DNA from: Octopus bimaculoides
Taxonomy: Eukaryota
Direction of reading: 5' to 3'
Length of the DNA stretch: 59,923 nucleotides
NCBI RefSeq assembly: GCF_001194135.2
Contig: NC_068992.1
Span: 16,212,311 to 16,272,233 of the forward strand
The notes beneath the pieces are model-generated. The model worked only from the letters and a program-made list of their open reading frames with translations. It was not told the DNA's origin and made no database searches. The translations under genes and the position numbers were made by a program. Below are positions 53,701-59,923 of this stretch, one piece after another (positions within the stretch are counted from its first letter, which is position 1; every line of letters starts with the position of its first letter).

Positions 53701-53952
53701 TGCACACGCACACATATCGTTTGTAAAATACATAAATCCTAAAGAAGAAGAACCACACTGTAAGATGTAGAGCAGTATATAGTAAAAATGGAGAAGGCCA
53801 GTTTATGCATAAATATTTGTTCAGAAAAAAATTCACAAGAGATGAAATGATTAAGAATAAGAGAAACAGAAAAGGAAGAAGTCAAAGATTTAGGAGTGGA
53901 ATATGGGTGGGATTGTTAGGAAAGAAGCAAATGAACGGGGAGAAAGAGATAG

Positions 53953-54015
<63 letters not shown>

Positions 54016-54244
54016 CTGAAGGTTGTATTCTTAAAATGTTTTTAAGGGCTCATGAGCCAACAGGTTTTGGGGATCTGACAATACGCCATAAAGCTGAATG
54101 CTTTATGGACGGGAAATTTAAGGTAATCTCATNNNNNNNNNNNNNNNNNNNNNNNNNNNNNNNNNNNNNNNNNNNNNNNNNNNNNNNNNNNNNNNNNNNN
54201 NNNNNNNNNNNNNNNNNNNNNNNNNNNNNNNATATATATATATA

Positions 54245-54370
54245 TATAAAAGGAAAATTCACAAAAAACGAAAGACAAAGAGAGGTGGTGAAGACAACAA
54301 ACAGATGTATTAGTTTAACCCTCGAGAAGTGAAAAAAATCTTTAACGTTTCGAGCCTATGTTCTTCCACA
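54245..54370 (-). mobile_element. Penelope-like terminal-repeat fragment with a truncated hammerhead-like motif (54340-54370)
   Basis: Minus strand tgtgga-a-gaac(atag)gctc-GAAA-cgtt-aaag; a related short fragment lies at about 13322-13380 (aga.aggtggtg.a.a.aacaaa). Confidence 0.4.
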
Positions 54371-55547
54371 TATATCTATGCTAACACTATGGACATGCCG
54401 TGAGTGTACGTGCGCGCGAGTGGGTACGCAAAATATGTGCGTATATATATTTACTCTGTGGTAGTAAGCGATCAACTTTAACTCGAACTACTTTGTTCCC
54501 ACTTAAGAATACAAACTTCAACTTCTATCTCGCTTATTTTCTTCCCGCTCCTTCCTAACAGCTGCACCCAAGTACCGTTTCTAAATTTTTGACCTCTTTC
54601 TTTTCATTTTTACTGAATAAATGTTTACACATGGACGCACCTAAGTACCGATTTACTGTAGAAACAGTAAAGTGGCCCCAGCTTAATATTCACAAAGACC
54701 CTACCCCTAGAGCCACCATTTATATACACTAAATCGCCCCTTTTCTCTTCCCTTCTCATTTTCTCGATTCTTAACTTTAGACAAATTCCCCATTCCCAAA
54801 TATTTGACGTTTTCCTTCACTTTTTTTACTGACCTTCATATAAGGTATCTCGGCATGATGGCTAACTAGCTGGGTACGACTCGTTGAGCAATTATTACAT
54901 CAGAGGATATGATATCTAGGAAACGTATAGCGTGAATTTTACCCACTCCTTCCTCTAATTTCAGATTTTTATTCGCATTCCTAGCGACTCAAATTGCTAA
55001 CCGTAAGCTATAATAAAACTTCAGCTTATCAAACTTTGATATGCGAAAACCTACAACACTCGATAATAAATCATTATTGTTCCTCAACATTGATTTATAG
55101 CTCTCACGGATTGGTTGAAGCTTACAAACTTACTACACTTAGATCTTTGGATCTTATAATTACACCCACATAGAATCACACAAGTGTTTATAGTGTATAT
55201 ATTCTAAATTATCTGGTTGGAATGACGCAAAATACTGACAGACATATGCATAAATGTATTAACGCAAGCACAGTATGAACCAGCTGAGTTTATTTTAAAG
55301 GAAATTCAATAAGTGACAGACGGAATATTTACTAAGATGTTAGAGTGAGAAAATCTATTTCCTGTAAAGTAATGATATTCAGTAATTGACAGGATATGTG
55401 GTTAAAAGCGAATGACTAACGAAGTGGACAACGGTTTGGTATTCAGCTTGATCTGCAGGGGTTGGGTTGAACGTTGAAGGTTGGCATAAGAGATGCACAG
55501 AAACATAAACACACACACCCACACACACACATACACCCCCCACACAC

Positions 55548-55804
55548 AGTATTAACCAGAAGGCCAGAGATATAGTTTTTAATCTAGGCCTAGAAAATAA
55601 GAAATGCAGGATGATAAACACGGCGAAGTCTGAGATCAGTGAGCAAACGTTTCATCAGGAAGATCAGTAACGGTGTCAGATACGCGTCTGACTTCGCCCT
55701 ATGGCGCAACACCAACGACGTCCTTTCATGGTTGAAGGACAATAGTAGATAAGGGTAGAGATGGGTTTATACCATTTGATATGGAGGATTTCTACCCATC
55801 TATA
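55548..55804 (+). mobile_element. Penelope-like element reverse transcriptase remnant
   Basis: SINQKARDIVFNLGLENK-KCRMINTAKSEIS / KRFIRKISNGVRYASDFALWRNTNDVLSWLKD / IVDKGRDGFIPFDMEDFYPSI (two frameshifts) parallels the PLE RT motifs CRLINPAKSEI, W.NT..V..WF and F..FDI..FYPSI. Confidence 0.88.
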
Positions 55805-56099
55805 TAAATGTATATATATATATATATATATATNNNNNNNNNNNNNNNNNNNNNNNNNNNNNNNNNNNNNNNNNNNNNNNNNNNNNNNNNNNGCTGAGAA
55901 TTCAGAAATAGCAATCAAAGAACTACTGATTTCAAAACTACAAATTATTACTCCAGATTGATAGCGATATTTTTGATACACACAGAACAAAATACAGTAG
56001 AGAAGAGTAAAAATAATTAACAATTTTGCTACCCGGCAAAATTGTTAATTATTAATTTTATTACTAATTGACGATTCCCTGCCCTGCATATCTATATAT

Positions 56100-56123
56100 G
56101 TATAGATAGATAGATATAGATAA

Positions 56124-56172
<49 letters not shown>
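56100..56172. repeat. (GATA)n microsatellite
   Basis: Direct inspection. Confidence 0.95.
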
Positions 56173-56173
<1 letters not shown>

Positions 56174-56356
56174 TCTACCCATCTATACTCATCTATATAC
56201 ATATATTTAAGTGAGCTTCTTCTAGCATATTGACAGACCGGTCACTGGTCAATCTTATATACACAAGTACGTATATATATATATGATTAAATAAAATTGT
56301 TTTGTTTTAAAAAAAGTATGTGTTAATCCCACGTACCCAGACACCCTGTATGTATT

Positions 56357-56426
<70 letters not shown>

Positions 56427-57396
56427 TAAATACATACATATATACATACATACATATATACATGTATACATACATGCATTCCTACATAAAAACATATAAA
56501 TGTTTGTATCCATGTTCAGTTATAATTAAAATAAGTTTACATTAACACCGTGTTGCTCTATATTTTTGTAGAGTACAAATTTATTATTCATAAACAAAGA
56601 TGTTGTTGGTAGTAACTTCGAAGCTTCGGCCATCTAAGCCATTGTCGGACTGTGAATTAGTCTTCCCTGAGTTTGTGGATTTGAGTGGGATGTCAATTAG
56701 GAATTTATGATTAGGTGGTGTGTAGAGGTGTACTGGAAAAATTTTAATTGAGTGAATTTATAAGTAAGCTGTCGTTTATGATATATCCATGTATATAGAA
56801 CTTTGTAAACAAGTGTTTAGTTGTTTCTGTTATGTTAAATAGACAGAAGGTGTGACAGTATTGATATGGCTTTTGATACAATGTGATTAATCCTTTTGCT
56901 TCTCAATTCAAAGGTCAAAAGCGCAAAGTTCAGTATTTAAGCCCAAGCGACTTTGACCATTACATTTTCTAAACAAAAGGATTAAATCCAGTAATACCAA
57001 AAGTAACGAAATTATTGTCACACCTTGAGAACAAACAAATGAGAACTTCCTACAGGATTTTTTACAAAGTTCTACATGAATGAATGATTTAAAACAATAA
57101 CATAACCTCCAAAATTAATCAATTTTTCTAAAATACCTCTCCGACCATAAAACATCAAAAACAACCGACCATGAAATTCTAATTCCTCTCCCATTCGTAC
57201 CCTCACTCCTGCAGAAGACTTTAACTCAACGGAGACTATATAAAGGCAAGACTAACTCTTAACATATCAAAATCCGCTGATAACTTAGCTATCCGAAACT
57301 TTGGAGTCACTGTCAGTAGTATTCTTGTTCAAGAATAATATTAAAAATAGTTGATATATATTTATATCTTTGTATCGTTGCCAATGGTAGACATCA

Positions 57397-57436
<40 letters not shown>

Positions 57437-57775
57437 NNNNNNNNNNNNNNNNNNNNNNNNNNNNNNNNNNNNNNNNNNNNNNNNNNNNNNNNNNNNNNNN
57501 NNNNNNNNNNNNNNNNNNNNNNNNNNNNNNNNNNNNNNNNNNNNNNNNNNNNNNNNNNNNNNNNNNNNNNNNNNNNNNNNNNNNNNNNNNNNNNNNNNNN
57601 NNNNNNNNNNNNNNNNNNNNNNNNCCCTCCCATCGAGATCTGTAGCACGAACGGACCCGGGTTTCAGCGTTATTTCCCTTCGTCGGCGTCCGATAGCGAC
57701 CGATCTGCGATGACAGAGATAAATTCTTGGCAATCTTATGTACCTTTTTCCAGTGAAATTCTTCACTGATATCGA

Positions 57776-57856
<81 letters not shown>

Positions 57857-58205
57857 TATAAATACTCTGGATACGCTATCCAATTGTAATAACGAAATAT
57901 GAACTCCTATCGGAATCTACATACCATGGACAAGAAACATTTCTAATCATTCTATACAGCACTTTCCTTGGATAATAAATAGAACTGCAACTGTAACATC
58001 CTACATACATTTTTATAAATGTCCTATACATTCAACACAACCTTGGCCTCGTAGTCTCGTTTCATTTACACATAGATGCTCACACAAGAACAAGACCCGC
58101 TTTACACTCCTCAGTCTCGAACCGAGAGTATAACTACAGTCTTCTTGTAGCACTTACATAGCCTTCTTGCGTCTTCTGGATACCGATAATTCTTATATAT
58201 ATATA

Positions 58206-58208
<3 letters not shown>

Positions 58209-58289
<81 letters not shown>
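58209..58289. repeat. (TATC)n microsatellite
   Basis: Direct inspection. Confidence 0.95.
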
Positions 58290-58290
<1 letters not shown>

Positions 58291-58467
58291 CATATATTTA
58301 TATAATTATATGTATGCATTTATTCATACGTATATACGTATGTATTTATAGTTTCCTTGGTATTTGTCTGCCTTTAAATGTATGTATCACAGCAGGTCTT
58401 ATGTGTACACATATATATGTGTGCATATTTTTGTAATTACAAGTTGCATATGGTGATACGTATATCA

Positions 58468-58515
<48 letters not shown>

Positions 58516-58688
58516 ATATATATNNNNNNNNNNNNNNNNNNNNNNNNNNNNNNNNNNNNNNNNNNNNNNNNNNNNNNNNNNNNNNNNNNNNNNNNNNNNN
58601 NNNNNNNNNNNNNNNNNNNNNNNNNNNNNNNNNNNNNNNNNNNNNNNNNNNNNNNNNNNNNNNNNNNNNNNNNNNNNNNNNNNNNNNN

Positions 58689-58730
<42 letters not shown>

Positions 58731-58815
58731 TGTCTATATATATACATATATATATATATACATACATACATATATATATACATATATATTTATATATATT
58801 TACATACATATATAT

Positions 58816-58882
<67 letters not shown>

Positions 58883-58889
58883 TAGTAGG

Positions 58890-59209
58890 AGCTCTCCGTC
58901 GGTTATAGAGGCGAGAGTCCCAGCTGATACGATCAACGGAACAGTTTGCTTGTAAGATTGACGTGCAAGTGGCTGAGAACTCCACAGATATGTGTACCTT
59001 TAACATAGTTCTCAGGAAGATTAAGCGTGAACAGACTGTGCAAGGTTGGCCCTTTTTGAAATACAGATACAGCACATTTTTGCAAGCTGAGTAGACTAGA
59101 GCGACGTGAAATAAAGTGTTTTGCTAAAGGGAACAACGCATCACCGTGAATTGAGCTCATGGCCTTACGATCGTCGCTCGAATGCCCTAACCACTAAGCC
59201 ACGTACCTC
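58890..59209 (-). mobile_element. SINE sharing head and 3' half with family A but with a different, CORE/V-like centre
   Basis: Centre gcgttgttccctttagcaaaacactttatttcac replaces the family A middle; the tail from tgtatttcaaa to ccgacggagagc is homologous to family A. Confidence 0.85.
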
Positions 59210-59296
59210 TCTATGTGTATACACACAAACATATATATATATATATATGTACACAAACATATATATGTGTGTATTATGTCTGTATATTCATATATG

Positions 59297-59341
<45 letters not shown>

Positions 59342-59890
59342 TCTCGTGCAAACTAACCACATTATACAGAGTTAGATCGGAGTCTACTTACATAAATATG
59401 CATTCTTTGAAGTCTTTACATATACCGATGCTTGTAAAGATTGTATTTGAATTGATAGACATAAATAAAATATGTAAAATGCAGAATTTTAAGCTTGTAT
59501 CGACCAAAACTATGTTAGTATTGGCATGCAACAAAAGACTTTACTTAAGTTTAATAGTTAAGACGTATGTAATATTTGTATCTAGGAATGATACAAAGAA
59601 AATGCGGTCAATATAGAATTTGGACTTTGAAATAGCCACAATGAAATATGACTGCCAGAGTATTTGATATCGTGACTTTAATCTACGATTTTCAAATACT
59701 ACATAAATTCTATATTGCTGCTATTTGGTTGAAGGCGTTCATCAAATCCATAAGGGGTGGTCGATTTCTAAGGGCAGTAGTTCAGATGTATCCTTTGTAG
59801 TACATTGAAAGAATATTCAGCCCGTGTGTTCTTTCTACTTAACGCATATACATATGCCACAATATAGATGCATGCATACACACACACAGA

Positions 59891-59923
<33 letters not shown>

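Larger units (their letters stand above)
1021..58688. other. 14 assembly gaps (N runs): 1021-1045, 8202-8648, 15048-15196, 21313-21451, 22472-22537, 29774-29983, 31568-32208, 33047-33415, 51090-51230, 52441-52814, 54133-54231, 55834-55892, 57437-57624, 58524-58688
   Basis: N runs seen directly; nearly all flanked on at least one side by (TA)n, (CT)n or (TG)n, typical of short-read scaffolding breaks. Confidence 0.97.

Noticed and set aside
55622-55698. Inverted repeat ggcgaagtc/gacttcgcc with an internal CTGATGA on the minus strand
   Set aside because: It lies within the PLE RT coding remnant, and no stem II plus GAAA follows, so it is not a hammerhead.
526-59616. Most ORFs in the supplied track (poly-YI, CV, HT, LS/ER, N, L and X runs)
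   Set aside because: They are translations of microsatellites or N gaps, not genes.

Overview
AT-rich, repeat-dense eukaryotic (animal) DNA from a draft assembly, with 14 N-gaps (about 3 kb in total), almost all abutting microsatellites. The SINE families and microsatellite load look like Octopus (coleoid cephalopod); this is inferred from family recognition, not from a search. I could not identify a host protein-coding gene. Nearly all ORFs in the supplied track are translations of (TA)n/(TG)n/(AG)n/(AAT)n repeats or gaps, so the window reads as intergenic or deep-intronic DNA. Supported content: (i) about 25 copies or fragments of at least three tRNA-derived SINE families; (ii) three different 5'-truncated R4/Dong-type (RLE) LINE 3' ends, each sitting in (TAA)n arrays; (iii) decayed RTE-LINE fragments and a clear Penelope-like (PLE) reverse transcriptase remnant; (iv) a probable Helentron/HINE-like doublet; (v) many simple and compound microsatellites. 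The most interesting object is a composite element at about 22.99-23.82 kb. It has a tRNA-like Pol III head with an inverted partial copy, an (AAT)n spacer invaded by a Dong LINE, and a tail holding a decayed minimal hammerhead-ribozyme motif, i.e. a candidate Penelope-mobilised, ribozyme-bearing SINE. A few exon-like segments with strong splice signals but no open frame hint at a spliced non-coding or UTR transcript (low confidence). Coordinates of decayed repeats are approximate.
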